From Mytilus californianus (Eukaryota), in contig NW_026262690.1 of the NCBI RefSeq assembly GCF_021869535.1, positions 95,728,001 through 95,792,000 of the forward strand: 64,000 nucleotides of DNA, read 5' to 3'. Below, piece by piece: positions 34,101-47,601 of this stretch. Below the pieces are notes generated by a model, which did not search any database, was not told the DNA's origin, and worked only from the letters and a program-made list of their open reading frames with translations. The position numbers were made by a program, and so were the translations under genes. Within the stretch, counting starts at the first letter, position 1. Each line of letters starts with the position of its first letter.

Positions 34101-37100
34101 TCCGTCAATGCATAAACCCTTTAGTCTTTGTATACACATAGAGTAGGGGAATTTGATATTATATGACATAAAAGGGGAGGTAACGCTAAGCTGTAAGGTC
34201 AAATTACAGTAAAAAGGCCATATGTCATAGATTTTCATAAGATTTTGCATCAGAAATAATGTTGAATGAATTCTTTCAACATTTATATACAGATTTATAA
34301 AGAAAGAACGTCAACTTTGTCTGAAAATCATAAAATCTCCAAAAAACCAATGCATATATTTTTTAAAAAATCGAAAAGCTTTTTGGTGCATCAAATAAAA
34401 TAATGGTATCTTGTGTGTATAAATCTATACCTGATATACTTGTGGTGAGATTTCTAGAAAGCCAAAGGCACACAATACACTGTGAACATACACAATGGGA
34501 TTGAGCCTTGACAGAGAAGCTCATTTGTTAGAAAAAAAGGAGATCTTGAGGATGCGCAAATCTTCTTACATTTATATAAAACCCATTAACACTATTTAAC
34601 CAAGAAATACACCACAAGTAAAACAGATTGGACTTTTGCATCTTATTCGAAACATGTACGTATAAATTTACGCAACTTGATCTACATCGAGTCATCTGCT
34701 GCATGATTTTATGTTTCTATTTCCATTTCTTTTTAAATTTGATACTACTAGTACCTGTCTTCAAGAAGGATCTAGGAATCAGTAAAGGTATACGAATAAT
34801 AGAATTGCCTCGGACAATTCGATTAACTCATTGTAATCAACAGTTTTATGAGTAACAATAGGAAATTTAATTTCCAAAACCTTGTAAACCGGAAGTGTTT
34901 TATCGTCCACTCTTTAGAAACAGGATGCGAACTAATTACATCTTAAAGTTATACAATCAATAATGCATTACCATAATTACAAAAATCAATTTAAAGTTAT
35001 TAAATCATTATTTACTTGCGTGATTAGACCCTCTTTGAAGTAGTTTGCATTATACATGCATTCTGATTTCCCCAAAAGCATTAAACAATTTGCACGTCAT
35101 TTAACCAATCTTTTGGAAAATAAAAAATATATATCGATTGACCAAACATGACTGGATTTTATTTTAGCAGATTTTGTGGAAAAAAGCTATCAGTTACCCT
35201 TAGTATGCGTAAGTTGTCGTTGGAAAAGATCGATTTGGCTATCCTGATCGCTGCCTCGGCGTTTAGACGATTACCACTAATGTCGATCTCAAGAAGTGAA
35301 TTATTTGTTGCAAGAGCATCTGCAATCGCACATCCTCCCTGAGACCCAAAGCCATTCCAACTAAGGTTGATTCGTTTCAGTCCAACATTCTCCTGTAAAA
35401 GGGTAAAAATACATATTCAACAAAATTATTAGCAAAAACGTTTGAATTATCAACATGCAAAATTTGTATTTCAATTATAAAGTTTTCCTTTTCCACATCT
35501 TAGAAACAAGTAATCTTCTAGAACTTATCTTACCTTGATTCCATTGGCAACTGCAATAGCCCCCTTTTGTCGAAGATGGTTCCAGCTTAAATCGATTACA
35601 TCTAATATATCGTTAGCACCTGTTTTGAATGAAGAAAACTAAAGGTAGACTCAAATATGAATTCGGTAAATACTGTACAACAGATGGTTGTTTTATTGTA
35701 CAGCAGAAAATACACAAAAATAAGTGAAAATGACTTTAATTTGCATCTAGATATGTTAAACTTTCAGTAGAAGTTGATTATTTTTGTGACATCTCTTCAT
35801 GTATGTCCATGCTTGTTTCCGTCAACAGAAAGAGTCCAAAAGGAATTATCTCCTATTATTAATGCAAAAGTCTGTAGTTAACATTTATTATGAACAATAT
35901 TATTTGTTAATATGGATTTACGATTTGCTGTGACAGTGATGTTTCATTTTTGTTTGTTTGTTTTGTTTTTATCTTATAAGATGTTTTATATCAAGTTCTA
36001 TCGCTAACGAGTAAACTAAGACTTTTATGTAAACCGCATCAAGACGTGCTTGCTTCTTTACAGTACCTGATAAATAAAGGCAACAGTAGTATACCGGTGT
36101 TCAAAAGTCATAAATCGAATGAGAGAAAACAAATCCGGGTTTTAAACTAAAACCGAGGGATACACATCAACTATGAGAGTAAAACAAAGGAACAACAGGA
36201 AAACTGAAGTGCAACAAAAACAAACGCCAACATACATAGAAACGAACTATTTGATAACAACTGCCATATTCCTGACTTGGGACAGGACATTTTAAGAACA
36301 AATTGTGGGTTGAACCTGGTTTAATGGCTAGCCAAACCTCCCGCTTTATGACAATGTTAAAAAATATCGCTAAAATGACACTACTACGTGACAGAAATAC
36401 AGCACAAACACATAATACAATAGACGACACAACGTGCAAACCACAGAACAACAACGAACATATTCCATCAACGATAGACACCACAGGATATCACAAACAG
36501 TGACGCACTTACGTAACTAACATGCAATCTCGATCTTTATACAATTATTTTCACAATAATAACATACATGGTTTTCATGTTCCTCATGGCAGTTTATTTG
36601 GTCTGAACATTGTTCTTGGAATTATTTACGTTTTTTTTTCTGTTTTTGCCATCCGATGTATCGGGTATTTCTTTTTCATTTTTTAACTCAGTTAACCTAT
36701 ATCTATGTTGATTGTATCCCACTAATCAATAGGCTTGAACATTAATATTTATTAATTTTATAAAAATAATTCATGATACGTTTAGCTCAACCATTTCCTT
36801 TTTTATCCAACAATAATTATTCAATGTATAACATGTTTGCATCTCGCACAAAACCAATAAACGTATATTCTATCAGGTGGTTATGACAACACTACAAGCG
36901 CAAATTAGATACATATCTATATTTCTACAGTTGATACGTGCTTAAAAACAGCTTGTATGTCTGTTTTATCAAAATAACATAGATTGCCAGTTTAACTAAC
37001 AGATACATGCACTGGTTTTCAAACTAAAAAAGAACGTGTGTGATACCTTGATTTAGTTGAAAACGTGTACTTGTAAATTATAAAAAGCGACAGAAGTTTA

Positions 37101-40100
37101 CCGATGTTCAAATCTCGTAAATCGATAAATGACACAATACTAGTGTTACGAAAATATTTAGAATTTACCTATAGCAGCTCCTAATATCTCTCCGCCTTCT
37201 TCGCCAAATAAGTTATGACTTAAATTCAAATCTTTTAAATATTTATTATTCTGCAAAACAGAAGAAATAAGTCTTAACAAAGTAGTCATAGCTGCATGCA
37301 TATTAATTTTCATGTATGAGTATTATATTGTACTGCATTGGTTTTAAGATGCACCTCGTATTTCATTTCAAGTTTGTTTTTGCATTCACTTCTTTGGAAT
37401 ATAGTTCGGCATTTCAATAAATTATCTATAAATGCGAATTATTGGTTAAGTTAAAGGAATAAAAAAAAAGGCATATCAAAATTTATTCTGACATATATTA
37501 TAAACATCCCAAATGTAAAAGACCACTTAATTAAAATTATGCTTAAAACATCTAGTCTTTATTACAGATTGATTTAACCTTAGTGTTGAAAACTGAAAAA
37601 CCTTATTTCAATGTGAAATAATTGTCTACTTTATATAAAAAATTAAGTTATAATACATAGACTTGTGGAAATAATATTCTGTTCATTAGCGTAGTGCATA
37701 CTAACTTCTAAAGTGGTAACAAAAAACTTGGCATCAGAATCAATAAAACCATTTCCTGAAAGTAAAAATAAAATTTAAACCTGTTTGAGCGGAAGTGGTA
37801 TTTCATTAACGCTGAACTGAAAAATACTTTTGACAGGAAAATAAATGTATGCAAGTTACTTCATTGAAGATAAAATTACATAATAAAACACTTTAACTTA
37901 TATAAAGGATGGTATGATTTGTAACCTGCATTTCATTCACTTGTTCATTTCTTTATTGTTTTATTTACCATTACAATATGCGAAAGCATATGCAGATACA
38001 TATCACTTTTGACCGAATAAGTCCATGTTCCGTAACTTGTAAAAAAAACTTAACTACATACCAGACAAATTAATTTTTCGAAGACCTGCATTCACGTTCA
38101 GCATACGACAAATACTTTGTGCTCCTTCGGATCCTAGTTTGTTATCTGCCAAACTCTGTAAGAAAACAATCATTCTTAATTTGCTATAGCGATTATGAAA
38201 GATTAAGATTTTGCTTTGAAAGATGAAGGCAAAATATGTAAGAAATAATCAAGTCTGATTGAGAAAAAAAAACAGGATACTACAGAAAGTTGTACATTAG
38301 GCAACAATGTCATGTAATGCGAGATCAAATGTGCATTTGGCAACAATTTCAAGCATACGAGAGGTGGTGAACTTGAGGCAAACAAATCGTGTAATACATG
38401 AAAATGCCAAATACCAAAGATTTTCTTTATTTTAACGAAAGTAAATCTTCAAAACGTTATATGAAATAGTTTTTTTGAAAACAATGCATATTTATAATGA
38501 CTTCATAATTTTGTGAGTGAGTAAATATTTGATCATGATCATTGTGTAGTGCAGATTAGAATTGTTATTACCAGATCTGTTATGTATTCATTTTCTTCCA
38601 ACATCCGGGCAATAGCTTCACCTCCTTCTGCTTGTATCCAATTTCCGTCCAAGTTTAGTTTTTCTAGTGATATATTATCCTGTAAAAACATCAGAAACTT
38701 GCAAGGTGGCAACATCTACTAGTATTAGTACTTTCAGCAATAGCTAGTATTGCCTCGTAGCCTTGTTTATCAAAAACGAAAATGGATTTTCTTTTTACTG
38801 AATCATTTCAACTTGTGTATACATGTATTTTCAAGCGTTTTTTCTACTTCCTCTTACGTTTTTTTTGTTTTTTTTGGGGGGGAGGAGGTGTTATATCGAC
38901 GATGAAAAGATATACAGCATAGGCTTGACAAAAGCAAAGCACAATAATTCAGAGATAATCTTCTTTCGATGTTTTTTTTTAATAGATTCTTGTATTCAAG
39001 TATTTTTAAGGGAAAAAACACAATCACATTAACAAAACAAGCTGGCAAATAAAAATGAATGGTATTTGTTTAATGCATAACTTTTTGGAGTTGTTGCTAT
39101 CATTTTTGTTAAGGGTGGATGTTTTGTTTATTTAGTTTTTCAAACCTATGGTTTTGGGCGTTTCTGATATTCAAGAGTCACGTGTCATTCCAATTTAAAT
39201 CAGTGTATTATGTAATTTACATACTAAAAGCATTACGTGTGTGTGTTCATTTTTTAATATTCCGATTGTCGTTTCATTTATCCAAATTAGTTTGAACATA
39301 ATTATTTAAACTAGTTAAAATATTTTGACGTATTAGGATATCATTTTAAAAAATGGAACTAATGAGTCGATTTCGTTATTGGTAATCGATTGTTATAATT
39401 GTACCTACTCTCAACACAAGGGCAATAGCTTTAGCCGCTGTTGGACTAAGTCCGTGGTATCGCATAGTGATCTCATTGTCTATGATATGTCGAACAAAAT
39501 ACGATATAGGGACAAGTCCGTATTGTTGGCAGATCTTTAAGTAATTACTTTTCCCCGTTGTATCGTGGTAGAAAATCTCTTCTGAAAATAGACAAACACA
39601 AATACTATTAAAAATTAAAACTCTTCAAAAGAAAAATTCGTAATGATTTCATGGGTTTTAAAAAGACTTGTTGTTCAACTGAACTAATATTGACAACCAG
39701 ATAATTTAAACATAAAATATTCATGAAATGAAAATATGATCTTTGTTGGTTCTTTCTTGTGAAGATAATTCATAAATTCAAATTTATAAATCTAATTATC
39801 TTCCGTATGGATTTTAACTGTCATATTGTATGCATGATGTCAGGGGAAAAATGTTTGGACTCTCTTTTCAAACATAACAACAACAAAATTACTACGCAAG
39901 TGAAATACAAATATGTTCCATTGTATTGTCATGTGGGTTTGCAGCCTGAACATTAATTCTGAATTCTTAACAAATCAAGTGACCAGCAATTTGAATCTAG
40001 TTTTAACATAACGTTTCCATGGGGAAAAAGCATAAAGATCTTACAGAAATCAGTGCGATAGTATCGATTATAATTACCAAGCTTCCATTTCAAATATAAG

Positions 40101-42791
40101 GATTTACTTTTTTTTTGTTATCAGTTATTAATAATGACTTTAAATCCTTCATTATAGCTGTCAGTCTGCCTGTGAATCGACAATCGGTTACGAAATGGTA
40201 TAAACAAACAAAAAAGCACGTAGCAACGTTTTTTTTTTATTTTATTTTTTATACAAGAACTTACGAGATCTAAATTGAATGAATGCACTTTGAATTTTCG
40301 AATAATGGAAAACACAATGGAAAATATGAGCATGTTATGGTTGGCTTTTTTACGGATTTTAAAAACTGTCTGATTGCTATAAAAATAAGCTTTTATTCAG
40401 AATGTTTGCACGGTCAGTTTTTATTCTGAAACGAGGGGAAAGCAAATACCACAAGAACAGCACACGTAGTAGACCTGTGTCGTCCTCAACATGCATGAAA
40501 TATCATCTTGGACCATTTCATCCAAATTTACCCATATCCACGCCGTATATCTTTCATGCAAAACTAGGGCCAATTTGTGATAGTCATGTTTGTTCGGATA
40601 TTGTACTCTTACCAAATTCATAACTTGTATTGATATTCTGACACTACCTACCATCTACTTCTAAATCTGTATCATAATCATCCTCTGTTAATTGGGGCTT
40701 GTTAGTTTCTTGTGGCAAGACAATGTCCACTTCCTCCTCACTTTCAACATCGCTACCATAATCAACATCATCTTTCAATTCAGTAATTAAAATGTCTTTT
40801 TCTAACTCAAGCGGCGATTCTGGAACCGCAAACTCATTAGCCGGTGTGCGTATTAACATTGCTCGCGACCTTTGTGAAGGTACACGTGTAGGACCTTGAG
40901 TAAGGTCATCTCTGGGACTAAGTCCATTTTTATTGTTGTTTTTATCTTGTTCTTCATCTTCAGTTTCCTCTTGGACTGATTCCAAGGGAAAATGTACCTA
41001 AAGATGATAAATAACACTTGTTGGTTCATATTATTAACATAATTTGGCGAGATTCATTTGGACATATTAAACTGAATTTTACTGTGCGTATTGCTGTGTT
41101 TCTTTATTCTACACTGGCTAGAGGTATAGGGGAGGGTTGAGATCTCACAAAACATGTTTAACCCCGCCGCATTTTTGCGCCTGTCCCAAGTCAGGAGCCT
41201 CTGGCCTTTGTTAGTCTTGTATGTTTTTTAAATTTTAGTTCATTTATATGTTTTGGAGTTTAGTATGACGTCCATTTTCACTGAACTATTACACAATTTT
41301 ATTTAGGGGCCAGCTGAGGACCACCTCCGGGTACGGGATTTTCTCGCTGCTGTTGTCTACTCTTTGGTCGGGTTGTTGTCTCTTTGACATATTCCCCATT
41401 TCCATTCTCAATTTTATATTTTGTATTTTTTAATGTCTTTTAAGTAAGTTTATCGATAATTTTTATCATCTATTCAAAAAGGAGAGTGTCCTATAACAAA
41501 TATTTCTTTAAATTGTGTTCCTTTGTGACTGAGTTGCATATTTATCGTATATCAACAATTTTTTTTAGTATACCTAACATTATTTTATATGGACATAATT
41601 AAAAAGTAAAAGTATAGTCATTTGAAAAAAATGGGAGAATACTGAACCGTTTATTAGTCATGGATGAAAGAAATCAGAAAATAAAAACATGATATACAGC
41701 TTGTAATTCAGTGGTTGTCGTTTGTTGATGTGTTACATATTTCTTTTTCGTTCATTTTTTGTACATAAATTAGCCCGTTAGTTTTCTCGTTTGAATTGTT
41801 TTACATTTGTCATTTCGGGGCCTTTTATAGCTGACTATGCGGTATGGGCTTTTCTCATTGTTGAAGGCCGTACGGTGACCTATAATTGTTAATTTCTGAG
41901 TCATTTGGTCTCTTGTGAAGAGTTGTCTCATTTGCAATCATACCACATCTTCTTTTTTATATTGTAGGAAGTTGTTAGTTATAAGTTTAATGTGTGCTCT
42001 CAAATATACGAACAACCAAATGACTTTGAATGAAATGCATTTTTCCATAAGTATACAAGTTTTCATATCCTTTTAATTTTATTGGTGGTTCAGAAGTTTG
42101 TTGCTCTTTAATGAATATAAAAGCAAATTGAATGATTTTTCTCCTCAAACAAGGATACGGATATTTTTTTAAAACTTTGTACCTTTAATGTTTAACGCAT
42201 AAACAAACAAAATGATATTGATTGGCATGCATTTTTCCTCCTATAAACAAAAGCTCAGACGGATATATACTTTTTTATCTTGGGATAAAATAATATGGAA
42301 TTTTTAATACATATTAAAAATTTCATCATATAGGAGGATTAAATTAAAACTAGGTCGAGAACTTAGAAGTAAACATGATGATATGGCGCCGTACAAAGCA
42401 TGATCTGGATTAAAATGGTCAATGTTTGTGGATTTAATTAATTACAAAGTTCATACACATTGAAGAATGCAATCAGATATAGAAAAAAACGAATATTTTT
42501 TTTCTATTTGTTCATTCATTCATTTGTGTAACTTTGTAATATACAATATAAATATAAACATTTTAAATAAAAAATATACATCTTAATTTAGATCATTGTC
42601 TTGTCTCTTTTCATAAGTATTTAAAGTTTAACCATTAAATGGAACGTGTAATTAACACATTGTTTTAATTGAATAAGGACAATACTAATTTACAATGTGT
42701 TAGATCGGAATGATGACCTATTGAAAAAAATCATAAAGTGATACACTACTAAACAACGTACCTGTTGTGGAGTTTCGGATTCGCTCTCCAT
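28130..42791 (-). CDS. Leucine-rich repeat protein, LRRC74A/B-like, with acidic N-terminus and degenerate C-terminal EF-hand pair (~554 aa; 560 aa from in-frame ATG at 42809)
   Basis: 13 exons: 42791-42762, 40997-40652, 39581-39409, 38679-38572, 38155-38062, 37755-37706, 37250-37169, 35619-35534, 35392-35198, 33629-33534, 31466-31191, 30344-30259, 28172-28130 (1665 nt), all GT-AG with consistent phases. DYDTDLE..YLKICQQYGLVPISYFVRHI..MRYHGLSPTAAKAIA and RI-type LRRs (LNLDGNWI, LSHNLFGEEGG, LSWNHLRQKGA, LSWNGFG) fit the LRRC74 family. First exon is the least certain. Confidence 0.88.
29252..29376. repeat. 41-bp inverted repeat with 43-bp spacer, probably the terminal fold-back of a non-autonomous element (Crypton-like, uncertain)
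   Basis: TAAGTAACACATATCTGAGAGAGTGATAGAGCAGATTGTTA (29252-29292) versus inverse of 29336-29376 (TAAATAACATATAGCTGAGAGGGTGGTAGAGCAGATTATTA). Confidence 0.55.
29697..29950 (-). mobile_element. Terminal fragment of high-copy PLE-like family B
   Basis: GATGTGGTATGAGTGCCAATGAGACAACTCTCCA... shared with 23895-24180, 41695-41960 (opposite orientation), 51312-51520, 52022-52925, 59895-60350. Confidence 0.75.
32880..33395 (+). pseudogene. Degenerate Penelope-like reverse transcriptase core in an LRR-gene intron
   Basis: Across frameshifts: LIDNIFIEFGGRTFQQTVGIPTGTNCAPLLADLF..FNFTFRYIDDLLSL..IYPSELEIK..ASYLDLFLE..YDKRYDFNFPIINFPFLSS; PLE-type GIP(M)GT and catalytic YIDD motifs. Confidence 0.8.
36070..36500 (-). 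mobile_element. Interspersed repeat related to family B (partial copy also at 28560-28640), with a variant twister-like module
   Basis: AAATAAAGGCAACAGTAGTATACC..GAGAGAAAACAAATCCGGG shared with 28560; contains CCTGACTTGGGACAGG at 36271. Confidence 0.6.
36265..36345 (-). ncRNA. Divergent twister-like module (T4), activity doubtful
   Basis: GGGAGGU-UUGGCUAGCC..UUCAA-CCCAC..CCUG-UCCCAAGU-CAGG: P4/L4 intact; UAA replaced by CAA; P2 and T1 weak. Confidence 0.35.
41060..41420 (+). mobile_element. Family B-related repeat in LRR-gene intron 1, carrying twister T2
   Basis: Shares the GGGGAGGG..AACATGTTTAACCCCGCC..CCTGTCCCAAGTCAGGAGCC module with 52280-52366. Confidence 0.7.
41117..41205 (+). ncRNA. 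Twister ribozyme, permuted type P5 (T2)
   Basis: P5 GCUAGAGGU/GCCUCUGGC; GAGGG 41132-41136; U^AA 41159-41161; P2 CCCC/AGGG (3 bp plus one mismatch); P3 CGCA-UUUU-UGCG; P4 CCUG/CAGG; L4 UCCCAAGU. Confidence 0.72.
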
Positions 42792-45700
42792 CTCCCCTTG
42801 AATAATCATTCTATGGAATCACTTCATCCTTTCCTTCGACTTTATGTCATATCACTGTTATATATGTTTTATATTTGTATGCCAACTGTCAGCCATTAAT
42901 ATAAACAAACTTTCGTCAAGTGTAGTTTAGCCTATGATCGATTCATTCAATTAAATGGCAATGGTTGACAGCGACAGGTTTGATCAGGTTTTGATAGTAT
43001 ACCTTTACATTTAAATTACCACGTAATCCGCTTTCATACCTGTAATTAAGTTAGATTCCTTTAAAGAAAATAAAAATCATTGGGAAAAGTAGCTTGTGCA
43101 TTTAAATTAACAGTGTGTCAACGATGTTTTCTGACGAATTTGACCATAAATTTAAGAAGGGGAAGAAAAATAAAATATTATAATTAAATAAGGAACAAAG
43201 AAAGATTTTTTTTAATTCTATTTCTTAGGAAGACACAGCCAGTAAGGCATTAAGTACATTAAGGGAATCATGACTTATTGATATGAAGCTGTTCTTCCCT
43301 TAGTATAATCACAACACTTTGAATCATTTCATTGTAGATAAACTAGTTTCGCAGGAATGAATGCAGGTGCAAAAATTAATAATAGATAGTTACTTTTGAA
43401 ATGTAGGCCTGGCCAAGAATACTTCTTCTGATGCGATGTAGGTCTGCGTAGCTTACATTGATATGATACTATACTATTAAACTTGATGGATCGTTACACA
43501 AACTTACTTATATGAGTATGTGTCACTAAGTTCCCAAGAAGCCTTCTCAAACGAGAAAGTTTATACAAGTCAATAGTGACCTAGTTTTTTTAAGACACAA
43601 AATTAAGTGGCCTCATCCAGGAGCGGAAGGCCTATAATTTTCACTTTGACCGTCCGTACGCGCGTCCGTCTGTCCGTCAACAATTTTTGTAAACGCAAAA
43701 CATGCAAAGGTAAAGGTAGGAGTCAGAAGTAATTTTGCACAGTTGTTCTGCATCATATATTGATGTGCATATTATTATTTGGTGAGAATTTGTTCATTGA
43801 TTTAGGGAAACAAACAGATTTTTGTTAAAAAGACACACAAATTCTGAGAAACGTCTTGTGTTAGGATTTCAATGAAAACTGATTCGTTGGTTTATAAAAC
43901 ATTTTTACTCCAAATTGACTCCTGGTATAAAAAAATTATTTCAGAATCTGTGAAAATTTGTGGAGAACATTGCGGTTAAAACTTCAGATTATGTTAAAAA
44001 TAATAAAAAAAATTGAATAACTTTTTTCTGTGCTAGCATTGTAATGGACATGATTTTGAGAAACATCCTTTTTGCATAGATTGCAACATCAATTGATATA
44101 TATAAAGGTACACTATATAAGATATTCAAAATTGATTTCAAGTGTCAAATTTGAAGAATACAATTCGTATTTGTAAAGAGTCATACACGATAAGGTATGA
44201 TAAGGCAAGAATTTATATAGTTCTATATAAATCCTTGGATAAGGTCACTGTTTCTACTCCTGGAATTCGAAAATCAAAAGATATTATACATCTACCAAAT
44301 AATATCCTTCAGATGTTCATAAGACATATATCAGTATCTTTCTAGTTTTTAATTTTGGCTTAAATATCTGCATTACGACTTCAAACTTTTTGAATTTAGT
44401 CCAAAACTGCAAAAACTGGCCAAAAATAGCCTGAGGTTTTGTCTTTGACATGAGCAACAGCTTTGATGAAAAATATCTTTTTGAGTAAGGCCGTACTGCG
44501 ACCTATATTTCCTAACTTTTACGTCATGTGGTCTCTGGTGGATAATAATAATAATCATGGATTTCATATGCAAATTACATGCACACATATGGGTCAAGCA
44601 AAAACACTAAACATAACACAGTATTAACACAAGTCAAGAATTACAAGTATATAAACATAAAATAAAAACATAGTTATGGTAATGTAACTTTTGATGGACA
44701 TGGACAATTGTCTCATGGGTTGGCAACCATACATCCTTATAATATCTTAGATTAGACATAAAAGGACCAGAAAAGAGGTGGAAGGTACCAAGGAGACATT
44801 CAAAAGTCTAGATAAACTGCATGACATGGCAAAAAAGCGAAAGACGACGAAATGACAAACAAGTTCAATAAGCATTACATAGAAAACTGAAGACTGAGCA
44901 ACACGAACCACACAAAAAAAAAAACCGGGGAGATGTCAGGTGGGTAATCAGATTCTGCTCCGCTAATGACACCCGTCGTGTCACGTAGTCCTCGTGGTAT
45001 GTACAAAATCGATGATAAGCCTCATTCGACGATGTCACATTCGAAGAAAAGAGGACGGGCTTGTAGTGAAGATAATTGTAACATATCCGTTGTCATCTGT
45101 GAAATTTTCTATCATATGCAACTATTCCAGTCATAATTACGTTCGATAACTCTGCATGTTACTGGTTTAATTAGGATTATGTAAAATTTACTGGTTACCC
45201 GTGTGATGAATGATTTAAAGAAAATTTATTATTATTTCACCTCGGTTAACATCCATTCGAGGTCTTCTTTTATAAATATAAAATAATATCGTAATGAATT
45301 TCATTGAGAATCGGACAACACTACTCTACATAGGTATTGTCAAAACTTACATCTACATAGGTATTGTCAAAATTTACATCGTGATTAGGTGCCATGTCTG
45401 TTTTCTTTGATCACGTTGATGTTATGACTTAATATCTCCTTAATCTAGCTATGTCCTTGTGTATTATTATAGTGACAATAACATGTCATATTTAATTTCA
45501 ATATAAACATTGAAATTAAATTGAATTATTTGCATGGACAAAATAAGTGTCAAACATCGTCTACGTTTGAAAATTATTTGGTCGCCATTTTTTCAAAATT
45601 TAATAAAAAAAAACAACAGCATTTATCAGCTTTATCAAAAGGAACCAATGTTTGATTCTATACTACTTTACGGTAAGACAAGGACTGAAAACGGGAGCAT

Positions 45701-46233
45701 CCAACAGTTATTTGATTTTCATCGTAACAATCTTACAAAATATATTTTTACCAAGTCGGCCCACGCTGTCAATGTGGTCGCCATCTTGAAAAATAATACG
45801 AGATATTCTGAAAATAGCTAATTTTCAAATCAATTTGGAAGGGACATAATAAAAAATTAAACTATTGCATATACGATATTTCAAATATTTATGAATATAG
45901 TAATAAGCACATATTTCCACAATTTTTCCATCTGTTTTGTTTAAATCGCAATTTTAGGTTTAACACGACAGAATATCCAATATTTATCGGAGTTGGATGA
46001 TTAAACAGTGTGAACTTATCGAGGCAACAAGACAAGTTTTCAAAAGCATTTGGAAGGGAGAAGACCAAAATTTAAACTTTTCCAAAAGGCATAAATATAT
46101 TTCTAAATATATGAGGAATTAATATATATTTCCACACTTTTTGTATCATAAACTTAAAGTAATTTATTTTATCGATTCCTGAAAGCCCCTGTGCATTTCT
46201 ATACATTTTACTGGGGCATTATACGGGTGATGC

Positions 46234-46257
46234 GTGACGTCACCAAAGTCACGTGAT
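46234..46257. promoter_or_regulatory. Palindromic CRE (GTGACGTCAC) next to an E-box (GTCACGTGAT) between the divergent LRR and bZIP genes
   Basis: TGACGTCA at 46235-46242 and TCACGTGA at 46249-46256; ~1.36 kb upstream of the bZIP ATG and just outside the adjacent PLE fragment. Confidence 0.4.
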
Positions 46258-47601
46258 GACTGCTATAGTTGGATATGACGCGTAGCGGTCAACCAACTCG
46301 TGAAGGCGTTCGTAAAACGTTCTAATTATATAAGAAATCATGATAGGAAACGCAAGCTCTAGAATATCGTATAGAATGGGATATGTATACTCCATTAGCA
46401 GGCGCTGCTTGAATGTTGCTACATAGAAATGGAAAGTTAACAATTCGAAAGCTGAACTCATCCCTTTCGTCGTAAAGTTTCGTTCTCCACCGACCGTCAT
46501 TGTCAATTTCTAGATGCAAAGTCAAGATATTATGAGGCAGATTTAACTGTATCTGTGGTAACTTTATTTCAAGTTCGATTGGATAAATGCGTTCAACATT
46601 CTGGGCCGTTATAATTAGACAGTGTATGTTTAGAATGAGACAGTAGTAGAGGCGAGATCTTTGTGGCGCGGATTTAGTCAAATTATTTATATCTAAGGAG
46701 CTCCTGGGATATTTCAGGACCTCCATAACTCGATTTTATATATTTCAGGATCTCCATAATTCAATTTATTGATGTCGGTAAATATTTATGAAGGTTCACA
46801 ATTATTTCAGAACCTCCATAATATGATTTCAGGATATCCTAACTGAAATGGAAAATGTTTAATGATGTGATAAACAATTATGATCTACACATTTTCTAGT
46901 AGCCAGAGAAAAACTAGATAGTGTTTTAGTTTCAATACGTACTTCCATAAGATAGTTTTCAGACTTAAGTATCCTAATAGGAATTAAGGCTGAGTTACGA
47001 CTGCGACCCTTCGACATTTCTAAAATGAGTAACTGAGTAATTTTATACCGATAGTTGGCGACGGTTTGGTTTTGAATTTCACCAAGTCAATGAATGACCT
47101 AGTCACAGTGTTTCAGCAGCTTATTCGTTTATATGATGGCTACATTAATTTAGTAATTGATAGTGCCATCAAAATAATACATGCCTTCAAGTTTTTTCTT
47201 CGTTTTTTTCTCCAGTTATTCATTAATCATTTTATTGTCAGCATGCAATAGGACCAATTTTAACTGCATGCATTGTCCCTTTTATGATGGTGATGACAAT
47301 GATTATGATGGATGGCTGTTTAACATATTAACAAAATTATTTGTTTTAAACAATTTGACAAATTAAACTCTAAATTTTCACAATTTCAGGATTAGAAAAT
47401 GTTGATAGTCGAGCTTTTTAGTGCCCATTAATTTGTAATGAAATCTATTCAATACACCTTTTTTTAACATAATCAATAAAAAAAAGATCGTCATCTTCGC
47501 TGTTCCGTCCCATGCGGCAGTGGTAACTGAAATCGTACGAAAAATGATATTCACAAAATGAAATCCTGCCTTTATTCATTCATTTTGTTGTCAACCTGAA
47601 T

